Assembly: GCA_964394405.1 (NCBI GenBank)
Contig: CAYMVY010000001.1
Span: forward strand, 494,633-558,632
Length of the DNA stretch: 64,000 nt
Direction of reading: 5' to 3'
From: an uncultured Gammaproteobacteria bacterium
GTDB lineage: Bacteria > Patescibacteriota > Patescibacteriia > Magasanikbacterales > UBA922
A program made the translations under genes and the position numbers. The notes under the pieces are model-generated. The model saw only the letters and a list, made by a program, of their open reading frames with translations. It was not told the DNA's origin and did not search any database. Of the stretch, positions 16,727 through 26,829 are shown piece by piece. The first letter of the stretch is position 1; each line of letters starts with the position of its first letter.

Positions 16727-17302
16727 ATGGTGAACATACTCAATTCATTCAATGAAAAGAAGCTACTCTACCGAGTTCGGGTACACAAGGACACCGAGGC
16801 TTTTGGAGAACTGTATGATCGGTATGTGGCAAAAATATACCGGTTTGTATACCTCAAAGTATCTCATCGGGAAGAGGCAGAGGATATCGTGAGTGATGTG
16901 TTTCTCAAGGCCTGGAACTATCTCGTTGATGCGCAGCGAGAGGCAGATACTGAAATAAAGAGTTTTAGTGGGCTGATCTACACCATTGCCCGAACATCGA
17001 TAATAGATTTTTATCGGGCACGAGCTCGGAGAAAAGAATGTACTCTCGAAGTATTGGAAGGAGTTGCGGAGAATAGTGAATTGGAGCGATCGACCGGACA
17101 ACAACAGGAAATAACTGCAATACTCCACAAGTTAAAAAAGATGAAACATGAGTATCAAGAGATAATTACACTCAAATATATCGAAGAATTATCTACCGAG
17201 GAAATTGCAAAGATTCTTGATAAAAGTCACGTATCAGTCCGGGTTACTCTACATCGCGCACTCAAAATTTTGAAAGGAATGTTACAAAAAGAAAAAAAAT
17301 GA
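16727..17302 (+). CDS. ECF-type RNA polymerase sigma-70 family factor.
   Basis: Region 2 (YRFVYLKV ... DIVSDVFLKAW) and region 4 (ITLKYIEELSTEEIAKILDKSHVSVRVTLHRALKIL) are present. Confidence 0.8.
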   Translation: MVNILNSFNEKKLLYRVRVHKDTEAFGELYDRYVAKIYRFVYLKVSHREEAEDIVSDVFLKAWNYLVDAQREADTEIKSFSGLIYTIARTSIIDFYRARARRKECTLEVLEGVAENSELERSTGQQQEITAILHKLKKMKHEYQEIITLKYIEELSTEEIAKILDKSHVSVRVTLHRALKILKGMLQKEKK

Positions 17303-17323
17303 TAACGCTACCACTCTGAAAAT

Positions 17324-18499
17324 ATGAGAATGCTCAAGGCACAATTAAGAAAAATAAAAAACCTTGAAGCTCGGATCAATCCCAATCACGAGTGGGTTTT
17401 GCATAATCGGGAAAAATTGATGACCCAGATTGGACATAGCTCAAAGCAAACGGTGAGTGAATTTCAGGTTGCACCAAAAGTGGGACATAGCATCAATACC
17501 TGGACCAAAATTTTTGTTCCACAATCTTTGGTTCATTCTATCAAACCATTTGCATCTGTAGTGGTTGCACTTGTACTGACCAGCGCAGGATGGATAGCAA
17601 GCGCATATGCCGAACCTGGTGATGTACTCTGGAATGCAAAAAACGCGTTTAATTCAGTGGTTGAAAACAGTAGATTGATTTTAGCATCAGAACAAGAACA
17701 GACATCACTTCATCTCAATTTTGCCTCAAAACAAGCACATGTGCTGAAGCAAGTAGTGGAGACAGATAAATTGGAGGGAGAAGAAAAGGCAAAACTCGTA
17801 GATAAGACAGTTGAAAATTTGCAGAAAAAACTAGACTCAGCGCAGGAAAGTATCAAGACACTTCTGCCCAGTGAAGCTGCGGGTCTAGTAAAAGAAGTAT
17901 CGCTTTCAACACAAGATATTTCCCATACGCTCCAAGAAACAGTAAAGAACGCGACTGATAATGGGATTTCTGAAAAAATCGAAAAAACAGTAGTCGAGAC
18001 AACCAAACAAAGTCTTGAAATGGTAGGGGATACAGTTCAGAAAAAGGCAGAAGCAAATCTAGAATTTTCGCCTGAAGAAAAAGAAATTGTCAAAGACCAT
18101 ATCAATCAAGCAGTAGACTCAATGGTTGCAGAGGTAATTAAAACACAAAGTAAATTAGGACAATCTGGAGCAACGACGACGCTGGTTATTGTCCCAACAA
18201 GTACACTGAGTATTGGAAACATTTCAACTTCTACCGTGATCGTAAGTACGACTACAACAATCGATGAACAGAAAAAAGTAGTTGATTCTCTGAAGGAGAC
18301 TAATCTCCTTGAAGCGATCAATACTACCAAGGTACTGGCTGATCAGGTGACAACCATGATTGAAAAAGCGACCGTTCAGACTAATACGTTTAATGCAACC
18401 AATGCGACAACATCCTCAACAGGCGCTGTTGCGTCGCCTACTAAGACACCGGTTTCGATTACACCAACATCGTCTATTACCACATCCTCTACCAGATAA
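17324..18499 (+). CDS. Putative anti-sigma factor-like membrane protein. It is single-pass with a coiled-coil extracytoplasmic domain and a Thr/Ser-rich C-terminus.
   Basis: It sits immediately downstream of the ECF sigma gene and has one transmembrane helix (ASVVVALVLTSAGWIASAYA). No catalytic motifs are present. Confidence 0.35.
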   Translation: MRMLKAQLRKIKNLEARINPNHEWVLHNREKLMTQIGHSSKQTVSEFQVAPKVGHSINTWTKIFVPQSLVHSIKPFASVVVALVLTSAGWIASAYAEPGDVLWNAKNAFNSVVENSRLILASEQEQTSLHLNFASKQAHVLKQVVETDKLEGEEKAKLVDKTVENLQKKLDSAQESIKTLLPSEAAGLVKEVSLSTQDISHTLQETVKNATDNGISEKIEKTVVETTKQSLEMVGDTVQKKAEANLEFSPEEKEIVKDHINQAVDSMVAEVIKTQSKLGQSGATTTLVIVPTSTLSIGNISTSTVIVSTTTTIDEQKKVVDSLKETNLLEAINTTKVLADQVTTMIEKATVQTNTFNATNATTSSTGAVASPTKTPVSITPTSSITTSSTR

Positions 18500-18873
18500 A
18501 TTCGAGTGTAGCGTTTGGAAAGGTAGTACATAACTTTTCAAACGCTATATCTCGAACATCAAGTAGAGGTAGAGCTCTGTTCTCTAACATGTGTTTTGTA
18601 ACATAGCCAGTTCCCAGGGAACTGTGTGGCACACGCTCGGGGGTAAGTACAATCTTATACGCGTGTGTGCCATACAGTTGCTATACATCCTAATAAGATG
18701 TGTGGTAAGGGGCAAAAAAACTCGAGTTTGGCCCTCGAGTATACACACCATCTATAGCAAGGTCGATCCTCGATTCAATCGAGGGAATAGGTGGATTAAC
18801 TAACACTACATATTGGGGTGACGTCCGGCCTTGGCCGGATCGCGTGCCGTGATATGTAAAAGAAAAATTAATT
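18500..18873 (+). promoter_or_regulatory. Highly structured ~370-nt region upstream of the S-layer-like gene, containing at least five hairpins or palindromes. It is a candidate long 5' leader or regulatory RNA.
   Basis: Hairpin 1 at about 18509-18547: TAGCGTTTG ... CAAACGCTA. Palindrome 2 at about 18612-18627: CAGTTCCC/GGGAACTG. Hairpin 3 at about 18626-18685: AACTGTGTGGCACACGC ... GCGTGTGTGCCATACAGTT. Hairpin 4 at about 18721-18741: ACTCGAG-TTTGGCC-CTCGAGT. Hairpin 5 at about 18769-18785: CCTCGAT-TCA-ATCGAGG. Palindrome 6 at about 18827-18842: TCCGGCC-TTG-GCCGGA. Confidence 0.4.
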
Positions 18874-21800
18874 ATGAATGATGTATTAAAATTCGGCAAA
18901 AAGCTTTTTACAGCTTCTGTAGTCGGAGTTACCATCGCATGGAGCATGGGCCTTGCAGCTCTCGTTCCATCAGTAGCTCAGGCTGCTACCTGCCCAGAGC
19001 TTGAACCGGGTGATTTATTCAAAGCCTCAAGTGCATCAGCTGTATACTATTTGACAGCTGACTGGAAACGAGCTTATTTCCCACATGAGGACGTATTCAA
19101 GAGTTGGAATCTTAATTTCAACGATGTAGTAACTGTTTCAGGTGATTGTCTTTTCACCTATCCAGCTGCTACTCCAGCAGGTATCAGTTACCGCGCTGGA
19201 TCACGCTTGATCAAATTGACTGACGCTAATGCAGTATTTGCTATTACGCCAGGCAACAAGATCGTGCAGATCGGAAGTGAATCAGTTGCTGCTGCACTCT
19301 ATGGCAGCGCATGGGCAAAAGTCGTTCGCGACGTTAGTCCTTTCCACTGGTCAAACTACTCAGATACACAAACCACATGGAACGAATCAAAACCTCATGA
19401 TGGAATGCTCGTAAAGAAAACTGGTGAAACAACTGTATACCACGTAAAGAGTGGAATGCTCCACATGGTAGACGGAACTGTTCCAGCAAACGCATCTGCG
19501 GATGTACGAACAGTATCTGCATCAGTATTCGGTACCCTTTCAATGGGTAGTGGATCTATGACTGTAAACAGTCTGTTTGAGAACCCACCACAGGGCACTG
19601 GAACAGGTGTTCCAACTGTGTCTGGCTCTCTCTCAGTAAGTCTTGCAGCTGATACTCCAGCAGCAGGATTTGCACTTGCAAGTGCAGCTCGCGTACCTTT
19701 TACCAAAGTTACATTCCGAGCTGGATCAAGTGACATCACTATTGATTCATTCAAAGTAAAACGCACAGGTTTCCCTGCAGTTGATGCTGATTTCAGCAAT
19801 ATCAATGTCATGGATTCAAATGGCAACCTCTTGAATGACTCTGGAAAAACATTGAATTCAGATCATGAAGTAACCTTCACTGAAAACATCGTTGTTCCTG
19901 CAAACACCAGTAAAACCTATACGATCGTAGCTGACATGGCTGCTATCGCTACTATGGTTGGTGGCAATGTACCAAGACTTACATTACTTTCAGTTGTTTC
20001 AAACGCTGCATCAGTTTCTGGTCTTCCTGTTGAAGGAAATCAGATGACTACTAATGAAAGTCTTACTCTCGGTACAGTAACTCTCGCAGAAGGTACTCAG
20101 GTAGGTACTCCTACCAAACAGGTTGGCGCTGAGAATGTAAACTTAGCTAACTTGAAGATTACCAACTCTGGAAGTGCTGATACTGAAGATGTTCGCGTAG
20201 AGCGAATCGTGTTCTACAACAGTGGAACCGCTGCTGACGCTGACGTAAGTGGATTTGAGTTGAAATTCAATGGTAACGTTGTTGCTACCGGCGTATTGTC
20301 AAACAAATACCTCACATTCGATCTCTCAAGCTGTCTTGAAAACTGTGTTATCAAGAAAGGCTATGATCGAACTTTCGAAGTATATGGTGACTTGACCGCT
20401 GGCTCAGGACGAACTATCAACCTTGATGTACAATATGCTACACATGTGTTGGTAAAGGATCTTGACAATAGCGTGTACCTCACTCCTACTGACGATGCTA
20501 CAGCAATGACCAATACAGTTACTGTTTCCCAAGGTAAAATCAATGTTACCAAGGTAAACAATGTACCTGCAGGAAATGTTCCTGGAAATGCGTCTAACGT
20601 AGAATTGGGTTCTTGGAACTTCAAAGTTACCGGTGAACCTATCGACGTTCGAACTACGGTATTCAAATTGGTAACAACTGGCACCATCGTACCTACAGGC
20701 TTAGACAGTCTTGTACTCTATGATGCTGCTGGAAAAGCACTGACAGGTAGTGTGGATGGTGTAGGTGGAACTTCTACTGGATATGCTACCACTACTGACA
20801 CTTTCACTTTGCAGCCTGGGGACAACATCCTTACGCTCAAGGGTAAAGTAGACAACACTGCAGTAGCGGGTGATACCATCACCGTAAGTATCGACATGGG
20901 AAACACCACGAACTTTATTGCTCGAGGTGTAAACAGTAATCTCGATATTACTCTTGGTACCTATGCAACTCCACAGTCTACTGTGGCTGCAAATATCAGA
21001 ACAGTAGAGACTTCAGCACTCCGAGTAACGACACTTAGTACTCCAGCTGCTCAGTCTTTCTCTCCTGGTACAAGCAACGTACTCTTTGCAAAAGTTTCAC
21101 TTGACGCTTCTGGATCTTCTGAAGATCTCAAAGTTAGTCAATTCATCGTTGTAGATGAAACTGGTGCTACTGCTAAAACCATCGACCTCCAGAACATTCG
21201 TCTCTGGGTAGACAAAGATGGTGATAGTAATAATGGCACTGGAAGTGCAGTTGCATTGAGTGAAGTAAACAACGGTAGTGACACTGACGCGGGTGATGAC
21301 GAAACATTCACCTTCAACCTCTCTGGCGATGACCAAATCTTGGTTAAAGCTGGAAAGAGTGTTGTAGTTGAAGTTCGTGCTGACATCGCTGGTGGCGCAA
21401 CTGCTGGTACTCACACCTTCGTTACCGATGGTGCAAATGAAGTAACCGCAACTGGGTTAACTACTCAGTCAACTGTGGTTGAAACGATCGATGCTGGCCC
21501 AACTGGTCAGGCAATGACGATCGGTACTTCTGGTGGACAGGTTGAAGTAGCGTTGGCTTCTGAAAATCCAGTTGCAGCACAGCTTGCTGCTGGAACTACA
21601 GTAACCCTCGCAGCATTCAATTTCTTGGCTACCACAACTGAAGATGTAGAGCTCGATTATCTCTACCTCACTCAGAACATTACCGATACTGCATCATCTT
21701 CTTACACTGATTACGATCAGATTTGGTTCGAAGATGCAAGTGGTAATGAAATTGCTGGTACCCGAATGTCTCCAACTAGTACCAAGCCACTTATCAACTT

Positions 21801-22623
21801 TGCTGACAACGCGTTTGTCGTAAACGTTGCTAATTCAAGTGGTGAAGTTCTCTACTTGAAAGCTAAATTAGCTGCAATTGGAGCTGGCGCAAACGGTGTT
21901 AGTCAGCATCAATTAGGCTATAAGATCAATACAGCTGCAGATGTAGTCGCAAAAGGTGACCAGACTGGAAGCGCAGCAACTGAGTTCTTGGCTGCTACTG
22001 CTCCAACTGGCAATACACACTTGAATTTCAAGGCGTATCCTAGATTCGCGAGAGTCTCTGCAGGAAATTCAGGACTATCAAATAGTACTGAAGATCTGTA
22101 TCGATTTACTGTTACCGCTGTCAATGGACCTATAGCACTCAATGGATTCACCTTTGATGTAGCTACCACGACAGCAAGTCTAGTGCTAGGCACAATGTAT
22201 CTGTATGATGTAACCGATGCAAATGAGTTGCAGGTCAATGAGACTGCAATGGTCGGTACATACTATGCAACCGGAGCAGTATTCCAGACTGTTGGATACA
22301 ACAATGACTGGGATACAAGCTATACACCTGATGAAATTACCGTCTCAACTGGTGCTACACGTACCTTTGTATTGAGAGCTAATGTTACAGGTGCTGCTAC
22401 TGGCGCTTCGATCAATACAGGTATGGCTGGAGATAGCGCTGAAGTACCTATTGCGTACGGCAGTCGCACTGCAACCAACATTGACTCACAGACACATGAT
22501 GACTTTATCTGGTCTGACAAGAGCGCTTCTGGTCATTCAGTAAGCACTGCTGACTGGGCTAACGGTTATCTCGTAGCTGGATTGTCTTCTTCAACCAGTA
22601 CACTTGAGTCAATTTCGTACTAA
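18874..22623 (+). CDS. Large secreted S-layer-like / surface (glyco)protein, 1249 aa.
   Basis: A signal peptide ends in AQA-ATC. The composition is Thr/Ser/Ala/Val/Gly/Asn-rich and charge-poor with very few Cys, and the protein is mostly beta-rich repeats. A strong terminator follows the gene, and it is adjacent to the glycan-biosynthesis island. Confidence 0.5.
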   Translation: MNDVLKFGKKLFTASVVGVTIAWSMGLAALVPSVAQAATCPELEPGDLFKASSASAVYYLTADWKRAYFPHEDVFKSWNLNFNDVVTVSGDCLFTYPAATPAGISYRAGSRLIKLTDANAVFAITPGNKIVQIGSESVAAALYGSAWAKVVRDVSPFHWSNYSDTQTTWNESKPHDGMLVKKTGETTVYHVKSGMLHMVDGTVPANASADVRTVSASVFGTLSMGSGSMTVNSLFENPPQGTGTGVPTVSGSLSVSLAADTPAAGFALASAARVPFTKVTFRAGSSDITIDSFKVKRTGFPAVDADFSNINVMDSNGNLLNDSGKTLNSDHEVTFTENIVVPANTSKTYTIVADMAAIATMVGGNVPRLTLLSVVSNAASVSGLPVEGNQMTTNESLTLGTVTLAEGTQVGTPTKQVGAENVNLANLKITNSGSADTEDVRVERIVFYNSGTAADADVSGFELKFNGNVVATGVLSNKYLTFDLSSCLENCVIKKGYDRTFEVYGDLTAGSGRTINLDVQYATHVLVKDLDNSVYLTPTDDATAMTNTVTVSQGKINVTKVNNVPAGNVPGNASNVELGSWNFKVTGEPIDVRTTVFKLVTTGTIVPTGLDSLVLYDAAGKALTGSVDGVGGTSTGYATTTDTFTLQPGDNILTLKGKVDNTAVAGDTITVSIDMGNTTNFIARGVNSNLDITLGTYATPQSTVAANIRTVETSALRVTTLSTPAAQSFSPGTSNVLFAKVSLDASGSSEDLKVSQFIVVDETGATAKTIDLQNIRLWVDKDGDSNNGTGSAVALSEVNNGSDTDAGDDETFTFNLSGDDQILVKAGKSVVVEVRADIAGGATAGTHTFVTDGANEVTATGLTTQSTVVETIDAGPTGQAMTIGTSGGQVEVALASENPVAAQLAAGTTVTLAAFNFLATTTEDVELDYLYLTQNITDTASSSYTDYDQIWFEDASGNEIAGTRMSPTSTKPLINFADNAFVVNVANSSGEVLYLKAKLAAIGAGANGVSQHQLGYKINTAADVVAKGDQTGSAATEFLAATAPTGNTHLNFKAYPRFARVSAGNSGLSNSTEDLYRFTVTAVNGPIALNGFTFDVATTTASLVLGTMYLYDVTDANELQVNETAMVGTYYATGAVFQTVGYNNDWDTSYTPDEITVSTGATRTFVLRANVTGAATGASINTGMAGDSAEVPIAYGSRTATNIDSQTHDDFIWSDKSASGHSVSTADWANGYLVAGLSSSTSTLESISY

Positions 22624-22663
22624 TCGAACTCTTGAAAAGAGTGATTGGTAAGTCATTACAGAC

Positions 22664-22707
22664 TAAAAAAACATCCCCCCGACGTCACGTCGGGGGGTGT
22701 TTTTTTG
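22664..22707 (+). terminator. Strong rho-independent terminator.
   Basis: CCCCCCGACG-TCA-CGTCGGGGGG: a 10-bp GC stem followed by TGTTTTTTTG. Confidence 0.8.
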
Positions 22708-22785
22708 TTTAATTTTCTATTGCAAAAGCAGTGGTGGTGTGATAGAATTTACCTGTAGAAATAAGATTCTTTTAGATTTTTAGGT

Positions 22786-23502
22786 ATGAGCAAGAAAAAA
22801 ATTATCATTGGAGGTGTTTTGATAGTAGTATTAATTTTGGGGGGCGGGTATTGGTGGACACTGCGCCAGGGGATTTCCCTGTCTGATGTAGCGAGAAAAA
22901 TCACAGGAAAAGAAGAAGTGTTCCCAATTGATGATCCGGGCAAGCTATTTTTGGTAGTGCCACCTGAGCATTTTAGTGATGTAGAAAAAGAGAGATTGGG
23001 TGATAAAATCAACCTAAGTAGGACTCTGTATGACACCAAGAAAGAAGAGACCTGGACATGGGTTACGATTGGTAATATGTATGAATTTGCAGAAGACTAT
23101 GATCGGGCTATTAGTGCATATACTCACGTCGCAGAATTGAATCCTCTTGAATTTATTTCTCAGATAAATATTGCTTATATTTATGAGAACTATAAAAAAG
23201 ACTATAAAAAAGCAGAAGAATATTATAAAAAAGTATTGGAAATGAATCCAAATAGCCCGGATAATTACATTAATTTGGCCCGACTATATGCTCTAAAGAT
23301 GAATCGGGTGGAGGACGCTGAAAAGGTGTATCTAGAGGGTCTTGAAAAGACAAAAAATTATCCAGATCTATTGGTAATGTTGATCAGGTTGTATCAATCA
23401 CAGGCTAATACTGAAAAAGTTGTTGAATATTCGAAATTACTTCTCAGATTATATCCTGACAACGAAGCCTATCAGCGAGATTTTGGAGAATTTGCGCAAT
23501 AA
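22786..23502 (+). CDS. Membrane-anchored TPR-repeat protein.
   Basis: An N-terminal transmembrane helix (IIIGGVLIVVLILGGGYWW) is followed by TPR-like repeats (AISAYTHVAELNP, AEEYYKKVLEMNP). Confidence 0.55.
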   Translation: MSKKKIIIGGVLIVVLILGGGYWWTLRQGISLSDVARKITGKEEVFPIDDPGKLFLVVPPEHFSDVEKERLGDKINLSRTLYDTKKEETWTWVTIGNMYEFAEDYDRAISAYTHVAELNPLEFISQINIAYIYENYKKDYKKAEEYYKKVLEMNPNSPDNYINLARLYALKMNRVEDAEKVYLEGLEKTKNYPDLLVMLIRLYQSQANTEKVVEYSKLLLRLYPDNEAYQRDFGEFAQ

Positions 23503-23526
23503 TTTACTTATATCTTACACTCCGTT

Positions 23527-25605
23527 ATGGAAAGAAAAAATTTCTTCAATTATTCTAGTATCATAAAGATTTTGATTAGCGCTTTGTTCGTCGCACCTCT
23601 AATTCTTTTGAATGATTTTATCTTTCCATTTATTGTACCAAAAATTTTGTTTCTTCGGTCGCTCATCATGATCATATTGGGCGCATACATTTTATTACTT
23701 TTCTCTGATTTCCAGAGATTTAGACCAAAATTTTCTTTCCTCACTATAAGCATTCTCTTATTTTGGCTAAGTTTGGCCATCTCAACATTCGCAGGGGTTG
23801 ATTGGTATCGGAGCTTCTGGGACAATCACGAGCGTATGCTCGGGCTCTTCACCATCACGCACTATGTGATCCTCTATATGGTTGCGTCAGTAGTCATTAC
23901 GACTGAGCGCGATTGGACATTTATCTTTCGGTCAATTTTGATTTTTGGATCACTCGTCATGCTTCTTGGTATGTGGCAAAAATTTGTAGATCCTCAGGCA
24001 CTTTTGAATCGAGGATCAGGGCGTGTGTCCGCAACACTTGGGAACGCTATCTATTATAGTGGATATGGATTATTCCTCCTGTTTCTCGGTGCGATAGAAT
24101 TTTATCGTGAACGGCGGGTGAGTGCGGTATGGAAATATATCGCTCTCGCAACAGCGCTATTTGGGTTCATTGGAATTTTTTTAGGAGGTACTCGAGGTAG
24201 TTTGCTAGGGGGTATGGTAGGTGTTGGTGTACTAGTCACCTGCTATGGATTTTTCTCAAAAACTCGGAATCAGATTACTCGACTGGCGCGATATGCCGCG
24301 ATTGTTGGTGTGGTGGTACTGGGGCTCCTATTCGCATTTCGGACTACCCCGTTTGTATCAGAATTACCTCTACTTGGGTCACTTCTCAATACGTCTTTTT
24401 CTGGTGGTACTGCTGGAACTCGTGTTATGGCATGGGGTATTGCAATTGATGCGTGGAAAGAAAAACCAATCTTTGGTTGGGGGCCTAATAATTTTTACTA
24501 TGCGTTCAATCAATATTACAATCCTCAATTTTTGGAACATGGTTGGAGTGAAACATGGTTCGATAATGCGCATAGTGTAATTTTTAATACACTGACAGTA
24601 CAAGGTGCGTTTGGAATCATCACATATCTCCTCATTTATATCACAGCGGTCAGTATATTATTCATAGGAGTGCGACGTGGACAGATCAATCAACACATTG
24701 GTTTTTTATCAATTGCATTTCTCATTGCGCATTTGGTGGGACTGGTAACAGTGTTCGAGAATCCGACCTCGTATCTCTACTTTTTTGTTTTCTTGGGATT
24801 CGTGGCATACATCGTGAGTCCAGTGAAAGTATTGCATGCGAAAGAATCTACTGAGAGCAATACTTCAAAGAAAGCAGTAATACAATCTGCTCGAACAGGG
24901 CAGTCATCTGTCGGATTATCAGTAATTGTATGGACTTTTATCATACTGTTCATATATATCACTGATATTTCACCTGCTCGCGCGAATAAAGCAGTCGTAG
25001 TGTCTATGCAGAAGTTATATGCGGGTATTGCAGACGAGACTATTTTTGATGAACCATTATCTTTCTCCACACCGCATATCGACGATATACGGAATGATTT
25101 GGCTCGGGTAATTTTTGAAAGACTACCTCAGATGGCGCAAGAAGGTAAGACAGCAGAGATAGGGTTATTATTTGACCGAACAGTACAAGAACTCAAAAAA
25201 AATCAGGCATTGCATCCACTAGATGTTCGCGTACATTTCACTTTATCACAGTATTATAATGTAGGGTATCAGCTGACCAAAAATAGGGACCTCGTGATTC
25301 AGAGTGAAGTCGAGATACGACGAGCGCTGGGACTATCACCCAAGCGTCAACAATTCGAGTATACGCTTGCCTATAATTTGGTAGATCAGGCGAGGCACAA
25401 AGAAGCTGAAGAAATATTAAGAAAATCAATTGAAAACAATCCAAAAATCAGTGAGGGTTGGTGGAGACTAGCGGTCATTTATGGCTATGAGACGAGTACG
25501 AGCTCTGCTCAGGCATTGGTCGATGAGGCTATTGGCAAGGGAGTGGTATTCGATGAGAATGGGAAGAATATTTTGAGACAGCTCGGTATTAAACTCCCCG
25601 AGTGA
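23527..25605 (+). CDS. Wzy_C / O-antigen-ligase-family polytopic membrane protein fused to a C-terminal TPR domain. It is a candidate ligase or O-oligosaccharyltransferase.
   Basis: Ligase-family motifs are present (GGTRGSLLG ... RVMAWGIAIDAWKEKPIFGWGPNNF ... AHSVIFNTLTVQGAFG). C-terminal TPR repeats follow (EEILRKSIENNPKISEGWWRLAVIYG). Confidence 0.65.
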   Translation: MERKNFFNYSSIIKILISALFVAPLILLNDFIFPFIVPKILFLRSLIMIILGAYILLLFSDFQRFRPKFSFLTISILLFWLSLAISTFAGVDWYRSFWDNHERMLGLFTITHYVILYMVASVVITTERDWTFIFRSILIFGSLVMLLGMWQKFVDPQALLNRGSGRVSATLGNAIYYSGYGLFLLFLGAIEFYRERRVSAVWKYIALATALFGFIGIFLGGTRGSLLGGMVGVGVLVTCYGFFSKTRNQITRLARYAAIVGVVVLGLLFAFRTTPFVSELPLLGSLLNTSFSGGTAGTRVMAWGIAIDAWKEKPIFGWGPNNFYYAFNQYYNPQFLEHGWSETWFDNAHSVIFNTLTVQGAFGIITYLLIYITAVSILFIGVRRGQINQHIGFLSIAFLIAHLVGLVTVFENPTSYLYFFVFLGFVAYIVSPVKVLHAKESTESNTSKKAVIQSARTGQSSVGLSVIVWTFIILFIYITDISPARANKAVVVSMQKLYAGIADETIFDEPLSFSTPHIDDIRNDLARVIFERLPQMAQEGKTAEIGLLFDRTVQELKKNQALHPLDVRVHFTLSQYYNVGYQLTKNRDLVIQSEVEIRRALGLSPKRQQFEYTLAYNLVDQARHKEAEEILRKSIENNPKISEGWWRLAVIYGYETSTSSAQALVDEAIGKGVVFDENGKNILRQLGIKLPE

Positions 25606-26761
25606 TGATATCAGTATAGAGTGTTGTTGTTTTCGTAATCATGTGTGAAAGAGAAAATACAGGAGGAAGTTGAGATTTGGCAGTAGTAGTACGAACATCT
25701 CTACTACGAGAGAGTGCGTCAATGATTGCAATGGCCTGTGCATGAGGATTGTTGGGTGGTACCAATTGTATATTTCCTCTGCTCAGGACTGCAAATGAGG
25801 GGATACCTCCTACCTCAGTTGCAATAACAGGGATTCCCATGTGTACGGATTCAAGTAGGGCATAGGGTAATCCTTCTTTGAGCGAGGGGATGAGAAATAG
25901 ATCAAATGCGCGAATCAATGTCTCAGCTTCAGGTATGAATCCGTGGAGAGTGAGTACTGTCTCAAGACGGTACTCTTTTATTTTTGATTCCAACCACTCG
26001 CGCGTGGGGCCGTCACCAATAAGATGCACGTGATAGGGGTGTACTGTTTGTTTGGTTGATACTATGCGGAGTGCCTCTACCAAGGTGTTGAGTCCTTTGG
26101 TTGCAAAAAAATTTGCAATGACGCCCAGATGTATGCGGGTATCACTGCTTTCGATTCCAAGTTTTTTTCGAGCATCAGAAGCCGAGTGGTATGTGTTTTT
26201 TTCTTCAATACCAAGAGGGATAATCGTCATCTTTTTTTCAGGAATATGGAGCATTTTTTCTCCAATAGTTTTTTCTTCTTCTGATAATACGATGAATGCG
26301 TCCTTGCAATAGCGAGTGAGTTGTTCGCTCAATTGATAGAATCCTGCACGCACGCGTGAGAGAGGCTCTCTGAATACCCATCCGTGTACAGTGTAGACAG
26401 TCGAGATCGTAGTTCTCATACTCGCAATCGAGCCGAGTATTCCTGCTTTACTGCTATTGAGATGAACTACCGTAGGCTTTAATTTTTTGTATATTTTTCG
26501 GATTTCATACAGAGCTCTCAGGTCGTCGATAGGTGAGAGAGGGCGTACGAGGTGGGGTATCTGGACGAGTTCAATAGCAGATCCATGCATGGCATTAAAG
26601 GTCTGTATTCGCTCATGTAGACCATGAGGGAGGCAGGCATCGCCACCAATACCAATAACAACCCGGTAGTCCTGGTATAGGTGGGTCGCGAGGTCATAGA
26701 CGTAGCGCTGGGCGCCACCCCATGAATCCTGGGTAATGAGGTAGAGGAGGGTAGGTTTCAT
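25589..26761 (-). CDS. GT4 family glycosyltransferase.
   Basis: The N-terminus reads MKPTLLYLITQDSWGGAQRYVYDL. The C-terminal motif is LIPSLKEGLPYALLESVHMGIPVIATEVGGIP. Its 3' end overlaps the converging gene 23527..25605 by 17 bp. Confidence 0.8.
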   Translation of the reverse strand: MKPTLLYLITQDSWGGAQRYVYDLATHLYQDYRVVIGIGGDACLPHGLHERIQTFNAMHGSAIELVQIPHLVRPLSPIDDLRALYEIRKIYKKLKPTVVHLNSSKAGILGSIASMRTTISTVYTVHGWVFREPLSRVRAGFYQLSEQLTRYCKDAFIVLSEEEKTIGEKMLHIPEKKMTIIPLGIEEKNTYHSASDARKKLGIESSDTRIHLGVIANFFATKGLNTLVEALRIVSTKQTVHPYHVHLIGDGPTREWLESKIKEYRLETVLTLHGFIPEAETLIRAFDLFLIPSLKEGLPYALLESVHMGIPVIATEVGGIPSFAVLSRGNIQLVPPNNPHAQAIAIIDALSRSRDVRTTTAKSQLPPVFSLSHMITKTTTLYTDIITRGV

Positions 26762-26829
26762 AGATTGACTTTTGCTATAAAATATAGCATACTATAAACA
26801 TATATTTTATTCAATATTTGTGCTTAATT

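Noticed and set aside
18690-18947. An 85-aa minus-strand ORF overlapping the start of the S-layer-like gene and its upstream region.
   Set aside because: It overlaps a hairpin-dense non-coding region and the 5' end of a far more convincing gene, and it carries no recognisable features.
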